The notes under the pieces were generated by a model, which made no database searches, was not told the origin of the DNA, and saw only the letters and a program-made list of their open reading frames with translations. The translations under genes and the position numbers were made by a program. Positions 1 to 15,100 of a DNA stretch of 64,000 nucleotides are shown piece by piece (within the stretch, counting starts at the first letter, position 1; each line of letters starts with the position of its first letter). Source of the stretch: Tubiluchus corallicola (lineage: Eukaryota; Animalia; Priapulida); NCBI GenBank assembly GCA_030141605.1, contig JAQGDQ010000088.1:186001-250000 (forward strand), given 5' to 3'.

Positions 1-646
1 CTACACTGATGAACAAACACTATTTTCTTTAAAACAAAAGCTCTCTGATGCTAGAGTGCAAAAACACATCAAGCGGCCTTAGTAAGTTAAATTATTCTGC
101 TTTAAACCCACTAGCAGCTGTTCACATAAAACACATATATGTCCGCTTCAAAAACTGCATGTGTAATAATAATCTCCATGGTTGAATAATGTGGTTATTT
201 GCTGAGAAAGTTATTGGATACAATATGAACAACACTGCAGCATTTCACCAGAGATGGTAAAGGCATAATATGACCTTTCTTTATCGTTTACTACGTCAAC
301 AAAACATCAAAGTAAACATGAACGATAATTCTGCACGATGTGTTACAGGCTTTGCAACTTACTGTATACACAAAAATGTCCATATTAGACTTTGTAAGCA
401 TTCAAGTGAGTATTTTATTATAGTGTCATGAGTATTGACTTCTGACAATGTTTTCGATATAATTTTCTTCATTACACTTTCTTTTACACTGGCACAACGG
501 AATCCACTACATCAAAGTAAACAAACGCATTGACAATGTAATTATATTACCAACATGAGTGGCACCAAACAGATTTGCTTTAGTCATACCGGGGTGCATT
601 GCTATGCACCGTGTAGAACAAATTGAAAGAGCAAAAAATTTTATAC

Positions 647-3600
647 CTGGATTGACTTTAAAGAAAAAGTTTTTCCATTCGTCCATCCAAACTTCAGCTA
701 AGCGGGCATTATTATGATTAATAATTTGACCTGTTCCCCCAGGAAACGTATAGGGAGTGGTTTTACGGAAAACATGACCAACACGCGAACAAGTGGCTAT
801 TTCCACACTTCCTCCACACATCCACACCTGAATTAAATTGCAAAGAATATTATCTTACAGTGAACTCTTTAGTCAACATTCTAATAGAATAGCCAAAGCA
901 ACAAAGTGAACTTTAAAGTTTTAATGTGTTGATGAATTAATGGCCTAACTAAGTGAAATGACCTGGAACTAAGAAATTATGAAGAAACAAAAATAAAGTA
1001 TCGAACATCACTATTAAGCAAATACGCTATTACGTAAACATTTATGATTTGAGAATGAGTTTAAAAAGCAGGATTAGTAATAAATAAGGTTCTTTCTTTG
1101 AATACTCGCCAGCGCCTTGTTGGCACTTAAGAGAAAAAATTCAGAAAGAAGCTGATAACAAGAAAAATCAGTCACTCACTACTACTTGATAGCCCTAGTG
1201 AGAAATATGTTATTTAGAAGAGCAAGAAAGTATAACTGTTTCTATGGACATGGCAAAATTGGCTTCAAAAACCACTAAAATAATCAAATTAATCCAGCAC
1301 TAACATCATTCCAAATTTAATAATGAACTTATTATCATTTGATTGCTAGAATAACTTTGAACTTATTGTTATTGACACTTTCATTTGTGCTAAACTTCTG
1401 TCAACACACTGTGTTATGTTAATAGAGCCAAGGTAACCACCACATGAAAACTGAGTTCTTATTAGCTGAGCCATGTGTGGAGGCCCTATTAACCATATGT
1501 TTATGTTATTATATTTAAAATTGGAAATGCAAACCAATAAACACTTTCTACAAAAAAACTCATACAAAATGAAGCAACACCAACAAGACAAAACATACGA
1601 CGCTACTCACTCTAAAAGACATCTCTAAATTTTCTCCGCCCCATATGTTCATCCCAGAATCATACTTTCCAATTTCTTCAAAATAATCCTTACTAATCGC
1701 AAATAATCCACCTGCCATAGTGGGTGTCCTAGGAAAAAACAAATTATAGTATAAAAGCATAAGTAAAGCGTATTTTTGTTTAGATGCTTTTATGAGGAAA
1801 ATGTGATTTAGAAAAGTCAGCAGAGCAGTTTCATTACAACGATCAGGTTAAATTTTAAGAATAAAAAAAAGATTAAGTTAAATGAATAAGATTCAATAGA
1901 CGTTGTTTTTCAACACAGATCTTTTTAAAGTAGCTGTTAAGAGTATAATGTTGCACAGAACATAAATTGTGGAAGTGGAATTGTCTAAGTAAACTAACAA
2001 TCTCAGATTTTCAGAGTGACACTAGCTCAAACAAGAACCACTCAACACTAAAGACTAAAGCGAGATGAGCGAACACTATGAAAGAAGCTACTATGGTAAT
2101 AACTTTTTAGCAACTCGAAAAAATGTGATTATTAAGTTAACATGTAGCAAATTACCGATTTTAGTTCTTTTTCAGATCTGCTTATTGTATACAATAATTA
2201 TAATTTAATTAAAAAATTACAAATAAATTTAAAAAGTGCAAACTTTCTTTAAAATAAGCTGTAAAACGAAAATGGGAATTTTCTTATCAAGTTAAGGTAC
2301 ACAGTAGATACGGTAAGTGTACACACAGTAGCATACCTAGTAGGTGGGTTAAGTATAAAAATGACATTCTGTTTACACATTTACTTAGTTTTACATCTAT
2401 TGTATATACACCAACAGTATCAAAACATGAGTGAATATATCTCAAATAATTTGTCTCTTAAAATGATTGCAGTCCTACTTACCGTAAAGGCAATGTCCGA
2501 TCACCACCACGTCTCTCTGTCTCACGCTTTGGAACGGGATACCAACGAAAGTTCAATTTCCAATTGAATCCTCCGTAAGTGAGATCAGACGCAGCCACAT
2601 ATTCAAATGTGTCATCACTTATCACATCAATAATGGGACAAACAACAGCTTTTCTGAAATACATCAGAAAGTAACTAAATTATCTGTCATGCTTTTATTA
2701 TAACACAGCGCCAATCATTTTCCACGTTCACAAACAGAGATGTATATGTCATAGTGGCATCTTCTAGGTGTGTTTAGGCTATTATGAACTGTTTACACAC
2801 ATACATGCATGCAGCATGCATGCACACACACTCAGCAACTACAGCAGAGTACACTTTCAGTATGACAAGACGTCTCTGTGTGTTTGTCAACGTGTAACCT
2901 GTAGAATGACTAGCACTATGTTGTAATAAAAGCACAACAGACATGCTCGTGCACAAGCTTGTTGATGAAACTGATGACAAAATAGAGATTATGACATGTT
3001 AATATATATAAGCTAATGGTTCTGTTAATATGACTGTAAACCTTTATAAAAATCCTGTGATCATTAGGCTGTTTTATTCCATTCGTTAGATGGTAATTCC
3101 ACTCACATATGGTCACTACAAGTCATACTAAAAGGACTTCTTTCAATTTTGTGCCTTCACTGCAATCACAGCTATCATATTCTCTCAAATTACAGGGTAT
3201 ATAATAGGTATACTTGAAATTACCTTGCTCACAAACGAAACACCAGTAACGTGCACATATTCTTTGTATAAGCTATGATAATACACAGCAGAGTTTGCAA
3301 GTATTTGCAATATTCACATTTTTATCTTGAAATACGCCAGGTTTAGCTTGCAAACTTTACTTGTAATAAATACACAAATAAGAAAACAAACCTGTTTTCT
3401 TTAATGCGTGCTAATAAAGGTTCTAACCATCCATTTGTTACTTCACAATGAGCATCAAGAAACAGCAATACATCACCCTGTGCTTTCTCTGCACCAGTTA
3501 ATCGAGCTCTGATTAATCCACTCCGCTCAGGCATTCGAATCATTCTTACTGGTACAGTGAATAAGGCTAGCTCAGCTTCAAGTTTTCGTCCAAGATGTTC

Positions 3601-6006
3601 TAATACCAGATAAAGATTACCAGATAGATGTAAGAGTTTTCATAACAGATGCTTTGTTAAGCCATTCATGTAACTTTTGTTACTTAATACTTATAATGAT
3701 GCAACTAAAACAACGGCTATTATTTACAGCAACATCCTACCTCTTGACTGGTTACATTTTTCAATGTAGTCTTGCATCATCATCATCAGAACCCTCTCAA
3801 GGGCCATTTAAAATATATATATATATATATATTAAATTATTAACTGATGAATATGAATGCTACTCTCGTAGTAGTAAAAAGGTTGCATCAAAATGTAAGC
3901 AATAAAGAAGTACCACATACATAGCCCTCAAGTTTAGAAGTGCTAATGAGCGACAACAGAGCCAAAATAGCTGGTGGTTACGTGGAACTCTAAACTTCCT
4001 CAGCAGGGTCTGGGAAACTGATGCATCTCCTGCACTTCTAAGGCTTTTAGAGGCTTTTTTGGCAAGAAAAAGTCCAAAAATTTTTACCCCTAAACCTAAG
4101 TTGTTAGTGATAATTTAGTAAAATCTTGTTTCATAAATATTGGAATACACAAAGTTAGATTTTGTCCTTTAATAACTAACATCCGTAGTTATAGTTTGAC
4201 GCCAGCGTATTTCATTATTCAGTGTAGGCTTACTGAACAACGATGTCACTCACTCAGTACAAGTTAGTAAAAGAAAATACACCAACCAATATCAGACTAT
4301 AAAACAAAAGTGAATTGCAATTCACAATAATGCAAAAGGCTAAAATCCACAAATTTACATAACCCACCCCTCCAAGAGTGGATACATCTTAACCTGTGGC
4401 TAAAACTGCAACATCGCCATCATCTTTTTGTAAACTGTCCTGTAAGACATTGCAATCAGCACAATTATACTATATCTTTTAATGACATGAAGTGCAAAAT
4501 AAACACTTTTACAGAAGTTATCGTTTTGAATGTTGTTTTATTGTAAAGCAGAAAGTTAAAGGTTGTGAAGATAAATAAAAACAAACGTGTTGCACGATGT
4601 TACATCGTGTTGCATCGGCTGAGACAGAAAATATCATTGCCAGAAGCCGAAAATGCGTGAGTTCCTAGGGTTGTGAGTGATAGTGTGAGTTGAGAGTTAA
4701 TTGAGGAAGTTTCTTGCACAATAGTAATTGGTCTGCATTTTGTTATCAAGAACAACCGTTGTTGATCATCATTCATCATCATCATCATCATCATCACTGA
4801 TGAAAAACTCTCTATTACTTTAATGAATATCATAATTTAAGCAATACCCAAATTATCCAGTACTATAATATGTTTGAGTCTATTCACTGTAAGTTCTCCT
4901 CTCATTAGTAAAGAATAACAGAACAGCACAGTATAAAAAACACCACAATTCAGTAAACTAGATAGTATCATGGTAAATTCTGTACTGCACCATTAATCTC
5001 TTTAAAACACTTAAACCAAACCACACTGTATCAGTACCGCATTTTTGGCACACATTTCATAACATCAGCTTTTATAAGTAAGATAAAATATCATAATGAA
5101 TGAAAAGTTTTGTGTTTTGTCTCACATTTTTATTCACAGCAAGCTGTTAAGCAAAATCAATTTGGCATTTGGTATTCCGTTGGATAAAATAAGTTGTAAA
5201 TACTATAAATATGTAGACCAGAATTATAAATTTATAAATAAAGAAAAAACTAGGTATTTATTACTAGACTATTCAACAAGAATTGTTGGATAGTCTAATA
5301 ACAACAAACACAAAAGAACTATTAGACTATTCAACAAGCACAATACATACAAGCACAGTATATACATACATTTCTTTCTGAGAATGATTCTTTTGAGAAC
5401 CCATTGTTAATATGTATGGCCAGGTTTATTATTCCCATGACATAATCTCATTAATCCTATTTAAGTTATTTGAATTTAGGATGATTAAAAATTTACAGAG
5501 CTATTATTGCTGCTTAAAATGTAAAGTTTGTTTACTGGTTGTTGAAACTAAATACCTAGTTTTTTTCTCTCTTTAGAAATTTATAATACTGGTCTACAAA
5601 TTTACAGTATTTACAGTATGTGAGAGAAAAGCACAAAACTTTTTATTCATGGCAGATGTTCCATGAAGTACCTTATGAAGGATGAATGATAGCACGAAAT
5701 TTCATTATGATATTTTATCTTACTTATAAAGTTGTGGTTATGAAATGTATGCCAAAAATACAGTACTGACCCAGTGTGGGTTAGTTTACATGGGTTGAGG
5801 AGATTGAATGGTACAGCACACAATTTACTATCATACTTTCTAATTTACTGAATTATGGTGTTTTTATGCTGTGCTGTTCTGGTATTCTTTACCAATGAGA
5901 GTCAAACATATCGTATATCTTGAACAGACAAATAATTTTTTGACCATATTGTTTATGAGAGTGCAAAGGGAAATTGTACTTTCTAGAGATGAAATCAGAT
6001 TGGGAG

Positions 6007-6039
<33 letters not shown>

Positions 6040-9000
6040 TGGCACAATTTATCAGATTAGACAAATAATAAAAAACACAGTACACACCTTTCTCACTAAA
6101 ATCATCTACCAGAATAATTTCTTTTAAAGAAGTATGCGGAGAACGACTTATCACGCTGGTTATGGTACGCAACAATGTTGAGCGAGCTTCATTGTGAAAT
6201 ACTATGATCACAGATACAGTAGGAAGGTCAAGTGGATAAACTTTTGTTTTACACCTAACATAAACAAAGTTTTTAAATATTGTCAATGTATCACACACGT
6301 TAAATGCTTTAACGTGTGTAGTAAATAACAGCTTCTATTTTTTATACTGATCACCTCAAACAAAATCAACAAGCACTCAAAGTAAGAGAATACAGTAAGA
6401 AAACAAAAGAATGTATGTTTGTCAAGAAAAATTGAATTTCATAACCAATTTACATGTGATAGACAGGTGATATCTGTTGGTGTTCTAGTTGAAGCTTGAA
6501 AAAGCATAAAAGGCATACCAAGTATTGCATGAAAATAATTTTCTGGTAAATATTCCAACAGAGAATAGGACCAAGCAAAAAACTGAATTTATATGCAGCT
6601 GCTCCACATCTGATAAAATACGAAAAGCAGCAGCAAAATGAGTAATCTGAACAAACTGTCGGTGTTTAGGAAAGAGGTTTCATGCAATAATAGGGAATGT
6701 AAAATTGACAGAAACTAACTTAGTTATGACTGCATTATTCCACACAAGGCCGGGCAGTTGGTTTGTAGTAAGGGCGTACAACATAGAAGCTTTTCGAGCA
6801 AAATATTGTTATATAACCTTTTTGTGATGATCTTACCACTTCTGATAAATTATTCTTTTATTTAAAATCTATCAAGAGCAATTATTTACAAACTCACAGT
6901 GATTTCAACCATTTTATAAAATAAAGCAAAGCAATGCCTGGTATAATATAAGGCATATGGTGTATTATATGTAGAACAGCTGGTGTAGTATTGGAACAGC
7001 AACAGGCTAAAGCAAAACACAGTTTCATCTTTCTGCATCAAATGCGGTAAACCAGTCTCAACAAATGATGTGGTAAGGCAAACTCAATGTCAGTTCTGTC
7101 TACGAATGATCTAAAGATCTCTTTTAAAGCCTATGAGATGGTTTTAATTGGGCTTCAGTGGGGCATTATGGTATAAGCAATTCGTAACATAGTACCAAAT
7201 AATTATAAAAAAGTCACATCATTGGCATTTGCAGCAAACTTAGCAATTACAGAGTTGATTTCTTTTACAAATGTATTGTCTGAGCATTTCTGGTTGCTTA
7301 GAAGATGCACCTGGGCTTGGGGTTGTTAGAGTGAATGTAGCCTAGAATGGGTGAAAGGGAGCTGTCTATTAATAGCATTCTAACTTGTTTTTAGCACACA
7401 AAAAACTTACAATGTACAATCTGGTGTTCTTGTTTGATATCTACCTCTTAAAGACAACAAATGGACAAAAAATTTCTTTTCAACTTACCCTTCTAACCTA
7501 TGGTCATTTAATGTTCTATTAAGTGCAATCATGTCACTTGCCATTAGATTGAACTGGTTAATTTTAAACAAGTCTTTCATCTCTTTTTGCTTGTCCGCAG
7601 GAATGTGGACTGGTTTCCCCAATTCACCAGGCCCAGAAGGGTTGAAAGACAATAGTCCTAAGTAAACAGAAGCATAAATATATACATGTATAAAAATCAT
7701 AAATTTACAATGATATGCAAATGAAAAACTAAACACATGCTAAGACAATACAAACTTTTTACATAATAAAGTATAAGCATTCTTAAAAATGAACAAATCA
7801 TTCAGTAGGCAGGGCTTTTTGGCATGTGTCACATGGTAATACAAGTTTTAGTAACACAAAGCTGGTGGGACATTCTGCGTATAACCAAATGCCAACAACA
7901 GACAGGAATCTTGAACATCTGCAAGGTGGAACCTACAACTGTGGAAATAAATGTTTATAAAAGTCAAGTATCTACTAAATTAAAATGAATAAGCAGTACA
8001 ATAATAATGATAATGATAATAACATTTATTTCTTAAAAATGTGATATATGTTCATCTCTTTGCTTTTTACAAACAATTAGCAATTGTAAATATGAATTTT
8101 AATGAAGGTTGGCCTATAAAATTTCACACTGTAAATAAAATTAGTAATATTACATTTTGCAGAATTTAACATTTACCATCATTCAGCATATAAATATACA
8201 AAAGTCACAAAATTAAATCAGTAAAAAGTTGATAATTTAAATTAGCTGCATGCACTTTAAAAGTTAGATGAAATACTCATTAAATAGCAAAGTCTTAAGG
8301 AAAGAGAACAGACAGGCGGCAACAGAGAATGTCCGATGTGCATAGATTGATAGTAAATCCATCAGTTTCGGCAGATATATGATCTAAGCATCTTATGCTT
8401 GCAGCTGCATTCAGTACTAATTGTAGAGCTCATTTAACTAATATTATGAAATTCCAACATGCAAACTCTTGCAATAATCAAAAAATTAGTTACAAAGGCA
8501 TGAACAATTTTTTTTGTGGTGCGTTTGATTAACGATGACTGAATTTTTCCAATTCTGTACAAAGTGCAAATGGCAGATTTACAACTTTTGTTAATGTTTA
8601 ACAGTAAATCCCTGTGCCTTGACAGAATAACCCCTCAGTTTTCACCACTAACCAATGGATAGATGTCGTAACCACCAACAGTCAAGCCCACTGTCGAAAT
8701 CAGTTACATTTTGTCTAAACTTTAATGAGAAATGAATAACATTCGCTATTTAAAACTAATACATTGAACCTCATCCAACACCTTATTTTAACAAAGCAAA
8801 CATCCACATTTTACATCATTTAGTCTCTGATGTAAAGTATACATCTGCAAATTGTCAGTGAAATTCATACACTTATAGCCATTCTTCTGAATAAGTTGGC
8901 ATCTTACAGTTAACAAAAGCAAGTTGAGTAAAGTATCAATGTAGATGACATTTACCAGATGGAAGCAATTTATTTAATATGCCATCGCCCTGTTTTTTTG

Positions 9001-9163
9001 TCTTTTGCTTCTCGACATCTTTGTGTCCTGGTACAGCTGCTGTAATACATGATGTTGTAGAACAGTCAGTATAGTACATGAGTATGACCACATCTATGAG
9101 AAACCAGACCAGGGATGTTGCAATTATGATCTTGCAATGGTGCCATCGTATTCGACCAATCAT
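647..9163 (-). CDS. GALNT1: Polypeptide N-acetylgalactosaminyltransferase, GALNT1/GALNT13/pgant5 type; 3'-partial (later exons, including the ricin lectin domain, lie left of the window)
   Basis: Coding exons on - strand, all GT-AG and phase-consistent: 9163-8956, 7657-7489, 6254-6088, 3599-3392, 2653-2483, 1728-1611, 827-647. Motifs: signal anchor [53 protein letters not shown], DxH motif [50 protein letters not shown]. An acceptor at 9174-9173 implies an upstream non-coding exon. Confidence 0.93.
3812..3831. repeat. (AT)n microsatellite
   Basis: Visible AT dinucleotide run. Confidence 0.85.
4773..4796. repeat. (CAT)n microsatellite
   Basis: About 8 CAT units; explains the poly-Met in ORF 4600..4833. 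Confidence 0.9.
4865..5917. repeat. Long imperfect inverted repeat (foldback/MITE-like) in GALNT intron 3
   Basis: Arm ~4865-5265 is the diverged reverse complement of ~5545-5917, e.g. ttataagtaagataaaatatcataatgaa (~5072-5100) vs ttcattatgatattttatcttacttataa (5701-5729). Confidence 0.8.
6008..6036. repeat. (TA)n microsatellite
   Basis: Visible TA run about 50 nt into the intron after GALNT exon 3. Confidence 0.9.
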
Positions 9164-10639
9164 GACTTTTCCCTGAAGTGTTTAAAAGTTCTGTGAACCA
9201 ATTTCAAATATTATTTTATATATATAATTTGGTGTATTGTACATACAATATGCCTACAAGTTTTCTACAAAACTATCAGTTAGTGTGGATTTTTAATTTT
9301 CCACTAATTGTATGGAACCCTTTTACGCAAGGGCTAATGTTAACATCCAGTCAGCCACCTGAAAGATTACCAGTATCAACATCATTTATCTGTTGATTTA
9401 TAATGGTTAATTTTATGCTATGTCTTGCATTAGTAACAGGAAAGGAAAAATTATTCAACAATTCATAATTTACAGATTACTTTAGAAAGCTTCAATTCAA
9501 GGTCAACAGTCACTACTCTAGCAAAATAATTCATTGGAATGTTAACTATTTCTTGACGGATACTGATCATATTGTTGTTATACAAGAAATGGTCTCTGTT
9601 TGATTCTCTATTAGTAAAATTCCTACAATAGTTGTAAAACTCAGTTTTTTTATTTCTTAACAATTTTCCTTTTGTATGTAATTTTAGCATTAGTAGTTTC
9701 AGAATACTATTTTTGCAAGCAATAAAGAGATCGTATTCTTGTGCATTTAAACCCGAATTTTTAAATTTATTATTAATGATCCCTGTTATTCCTTTTTGTT
9801 CTTCTTACATTATGATCACCGAGCCAACCAGATTTAGGTTTTTTACCAAATAATGTTTATTTAAATGGGTAAAATTTGCCAAGCAGACTAGTTAAAAACA
9901 TCTATTATCCAGACGATTTTAAACAGGCCATTTTTCAATAGTGAGCAGGAACTGAAAAGATCTACTCGAGATTTGTTTATTCCACATAACACAACACATA
10001 ATAGCATCAATGTTACAGTATTAAATAAGGTAAATTTACAGTTTAACAGTGTAAATAATTTAAAGAAAGTTACAATAATATGTTGTGTCAACAGACACTA
10101 AATTAATAGTTAAAAACAACACAACTTTATTAAATGTTTCAACAGGCTGCTGCTGTCATCATCAGTGGTAAATTTACAAACATACAACCAGTTTATATAG
10201 GGATGGCCTATTATGCACTAATTAAGTAGTTATCAGAAGCCATATAGTCCCTAATAACTGGGACTTATTAATAAAAGAGTTTACCTATGTACCCTAATAA
10301 GTCTTCTCTTAATGTACAAAGTAGTTCAATTCCTTTAAGTTTACTTTCAAACACTTAGCTAGTTGTTACTGTATCAACTTTTTTTCCTCACGTCTGTTTA
10401 ATCATTACCTATTTGGCTTTTGTAAATACATAATTAGTGTATAATAGGCTCTGCCTACATAAACTGGTTGTACGTTTGTAAATTTACTTACTTACTTATG
10501 TTGTCTTCAGGGATTATTTTTCACATCGTGCACAAAAACCTCATTGGCAGCAACTACTCTGATCCCCAGGGAAGAAGAATGCTGTATTACTGTAGCAGAC
10601 TTCTGCCCATCAAAAAGCATTTAAGATTTGCGTTTCTAA

Positions 10640-11500
10640 AACTGTGGCGAGAAAACTACCTTGGCGAATCTTGAGTCTGGCACGTTCATTGAAAAGTCTG
10701 AAGTTTCCTCCACGTGTATGACTTACTGTCGCCCAACTGAAAAAGTCGTCAAACCGAGAATGGCATTTCCATGAAGGATGTTATAGCTCATAACTAATTC
10801 ACATTTAGACGCATTTCCTTCAGTGATGTTATATGGAGTTCTTGTAACCACTGTGGATAATTGAGATTTTCCGCACCTGCAATGATGCGTGAGAATCTTC
10901 CTTGGATAGATTCTAGCACATCAATGTCTTTCAAGTAATAGGGATTCCAAACTGGATTTGTGTACTTTAGTACAGGCCTTATAAATGAGGAAAACAGCCG
11001 AAGTCTGAAATCATGAGCTTTGGTTTAGAAACTGACATTGATTACTCTCAACAGTCCATTGGCTTTCTTGACGATATTGTTATACTGAGTTGCAAATTTT
11101 AAATTTGATGCTATGATCAGGACATGATAAGATTGTTGAAACCAAAGTGGATGACTTTACATTTGTCAGTATTGAGGGTCTGACGTCCACAAAGCTAATG
11201 ACGAGAGATCCGCTTGTAGTAGGTCAGCATCTTCAGTAGTTGAGATTTCTCTAAACACTTTGGCATCGTCCACATACTTGTAATGATTACTATTTGATGC
11301 AACACTAGTGGAGTCGTCTATGTATAGCAGGAACAGAATCGATCTCAGAACCGTACCCTGACGTACACTCTGCTCACTGCCCCAGTCCAGGTAGACGGTA
11401 TGCCACTAAGTATGACTCACTGCCTTCTGTTTGTTAAAAATCCAAACAGCCACTGAAGAGTATGAACACCAAAACTGAGATGAGACAGCTTATAGATTTA
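10640..11500 (-). mobile_element. Decayed CR1/L2-type LINE reverse-transcriptase fragment
   Basis: - strand reads VRQGTVLRSILFLLYIDD...YKYVDDAKVFREI (the QG and [Y/F]xDD RT motifs) around 11250-11370, with stops and frameshifts. Confidence 0.75.
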
Positions 11501-11669
11501 CCACTGCTGATGACAGTAGTACTAGTAGCCTGTCAAAATGTTTGCCGTGATTTTAACTTTTTTATTTTTAATGTAAAAGTTTTAATAAAGTTGTATTGTT
11601 TTTAACTATAAATGTTTTTAAGTGACTGACACTAAATTAGTGTTACCAATTATTTTATGGCCAGTTTTG

Positions 11670-12185
11670 CGAAAAACCGGAAACTTGAACACGCTGTACA
11701 AGATTAGTGTGGTCAGTGGTCACACACTCTCAGCTATTGATGAACAGATTGTTTACAAATTTGTCACGTGTTGCTTCTTTAGTTGATAGACCAGAAGGCT
11801 GCATCGGCATTAAACACTTTTAATTTATAACAACTTACTTTTGTAAGAGACAATCAACTACGTCAGATTTGTATAGTATTTTTTATACATTTTTCAGAAA
11901 TCAAGGAAAAAATAATAAAAACTCTAAAGCTAGACGATCACGAAACGTGATTTTACTACCCTGCCATCTATAATCGTGAGTCCAAAAACTAACACCGGAA
12001 ATTTTGTGTAGATGGGTAACAGACCCAATAATCTTTTTGTTTTCATTTAGTGAAAAGTGCGTGACGCCCTTCTATGTCCGAAGGTGTGCTTCAGATAGCC
12101 TGACAGGCAGGAAGAATGAGCTAAATTGGTTTCTTACTTTTTCTTTTGTAAAATATAACACCCTTATTAAGCTAATTCTGCAACA
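11670..12185. promoter_or_regulatory. Probable bidirectional promoter region for GALNT and Arp3
   Basis: Arp3 ATG at 12186; candidate - strand donor GTAAGT at 11838-11833 for a GALNT 5'-UTR exon; ETS-like CCGGAA at ~11678 and ~11995; locally more CpG. TSS positions are inferred. Confidence 0.45.
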
Positions 12186-15100
12186 ATGGCTATGCGAATG
12201 CCTGCATGTGTCATAGATAATGGAACTGGGTAAGAGACAAGGTTTAACGGCGGTTATTACTAATACTCCGCTAGCACTAGCCGGCAATCGTTAGTCGATC
12301 ATTAAATGTGCGATTGCTTAGCTAAAATCGACCTGGATTCTGGTAGAGCCCCTTGTAGTTGTACTTTAGTATGGATTATTAGTATACCGTGTAGGACTAA
12401 TCATAAAGTCTGTATTTTGTGTAGCTTCTAATGTAGGATTAATCATTAGATTAAAGGAAAACCGGACGATTGTTTAGACTCGATCTCATTTTAATTTACT
12501 GTTCAAAGTACACATTTTCTTGCCTATAAAGTTAGCAGTTGTTTCTTATTTTTGAATAATTAGCTTAGAAGGTTAATCAACGGCAACCGAACTCATCTAT
12601 TGCTTACGTCAGAAACTAATCACAGTTTGTGCAATGACAGGCATCTTCCCTTGCGCATCAAGCACCTTTGCATAAGTGTTACTGCTTAAACGCGTGATGT
12701 CGCGAAAATTGGCTCTACGTCATATGACGTCAGAAACCAACACTGCAATTCATGATCATGGTTATCACTGTATCGCCTTCTATTTGTCGGCCACGAGAAT
12801 GTTATAAAAATGCACCGTTGCCAATCTTAGTAGATTCACTGAACCACGCGTAGCTCTGAAAGTTTAACAAAAATTGAGTATCCAAGGTAATTATTATTTA
12901 ACCTAAGCTTTGATTTTGAAAAATGTTTTCAATATTTTAGAGAATTCTTTATTCTGAACTAATTTTTACACAATCATTCGGTTTTCTTTTAAATATTCAC
13001 CTTCAAACAATTTAGGTGTGCTAGCAGTAGCACTATGGCAAGAGACACACACCTCTCAGCGCTGATTTGAACTTGGTTATGGAGTCTGACCTTACAACAA
13101 TTTGTTCCAATGACGAACAACTCTATTAGCAAAGAAATTTATATGAATATTTGACCTGACTGATGGAACAAAGATTTTACACTCATGGTCTCTAAGTTGT
13201 CTATATGGGCAATAGAAAAATGAATTTGGATCGATGTGCCAGTAACTCACTTTCGTAACTCACCTTTGTGGTGAGTGAACCCTGATTTCCGTGTCTTGCA
13301 CCAATCTCTCTTCCACTGAATAGCTAGCCAAAGTACACCCTTGTCCAATTGTTCGTTGTTGGTTTACTCTGTTCCTAATATACCGACTGTTATTAAAATA
13401 GGAGGTTTCTTGCACGGAGTTCTGAATCAAGTTTATGTTTGAAACGGTTTACATTATTTGCGCTCACTAATGATTCTGGTAACGAGTTCCACAGCATTAC
13501 TTCGGCTTGTGAAAAACTATTCCGATACTTTTCAGTATTAACCCTATGCTTGTACAATTTAACACTATGCCCACATGTAATGCTTCTATTGAGTGTAAAA
13601 ACTGGTTTGCATTGATGTCAGTAAATCCCTTAAGAATCTTGAACATTTCAATGTCTCCCCCTACGTCTTCTTGCAGAAAGTCGACACAGGTCTAATTTTT
13701 GCAGTTTTTGCAAATATGAGAGTCCTTCAAGAGCTATGCTCATGTCCACAGCTCGTGCTTGTACTTGCTCGAGAGCACGGATGTCCTAGAGATAGTAAAG
13801 GTCCCATACCTGACGAACATATTCGAGATGAGGACGAACAAGAGATTTGTATAGTGGGAGAATTATGAACAGGTTGCTAGTTGTGGTTATTCTACTAAGA
13901 ATAATCCTTTGTCTACGAGATGTCAAAAATGCTTGAAACCAACAGTTAATAGCTTTCCATGAATACCAGCACACTCCATCTTGCATAATAGACATAATAA
14001 AAGGCACAGAGTCAAATGCTTTCCGAAAATCAAAATATACAACCTCATTTGCTGCGTGTTGGTAGGCAACACGATCGACATACAATCCTGATGACTTAAA
14101 GTCCTGACATTTCTTAAATTTATGTTTCTTTGCTTTTTTATATTCTTGGCTGTTTTCCCACGGGTTACGATTCTTTCGCACAGTAGATTGACATGTGGAA
14201 ACATGCTTACTAACTTCATATTTATAAATGCTAATAAAGCTATCCCAACATTCCAGCACATTGCAGGGACTAAAAGTGCTTCCCAGTTAACAGCAGAAAA
14301 TTCTTTCCTTTGTTGCATTATATTAGCCCTAGATAACATTTAACTCGTTCGCTGTGCAAGCCAATAGACGGGTCACACCATTCCGCAGAAATACAAATAT
14401 CAGTGTCATGATCGCTCTTACAGAAAGATGTTAAAGAAGAAACATCTAAGATTCATTCTTCGCAGTTACTAAACACTAAGTCAAGTGTATTGTTTCTGCA
14501 TGTAGCAAAATTAACATGTTGTATTAGCAAATTGTCGTACATGAAATCAACAAACTGGCATTCCGGTTCACTAGAAAATTGGAACTGTTACTATGCTTAT
14601 CAAATATTTATCAAGTAATTAGGGTAATCTAACATTTTAGCAGCCCTAGTTGACCTGACCTTAGCACCTAGAATGGGCTACCAGACCCGGGCCCTAGGTC
14701 TAGTTACCTAGACTGGATGGCTGGACCTTGGCGACTAAGCTTGGTCACCTGGAAAAATGAACGATTAGGATTTAGTCCATTAGTAACAGTATAATTTATT
14801 TTCAGTAGCAGGAAACTAAACTTACAATCAACTACTTACCATCTTGCGTTCTTGCTTCATATATGTTTGGATGAGGTCGTAATGATCCCACACTTTTCCC
14901 AAATCCCGTACCCGAACATTCAATCCTATCCCAAACCCTATTCCTGAACCTTTCATCAGGACCAAGATCACGATCCTGAATCTTAAAAGTTTATAATATT
15001 TGAAAAAACAATTTTTACTTTTCAGATTTGTCGAGAAAAATGAACCCTCTATTTACCAAATTATTCATAGCTTAAATTTTGTGATAAAATATTTTTATTA

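Noticed and set aside
8000-8700. Possible LINE 3' remnant with an (AAT/GAT)n tail
   Set aside because: Only weak peptide resemblance; not enough to call.
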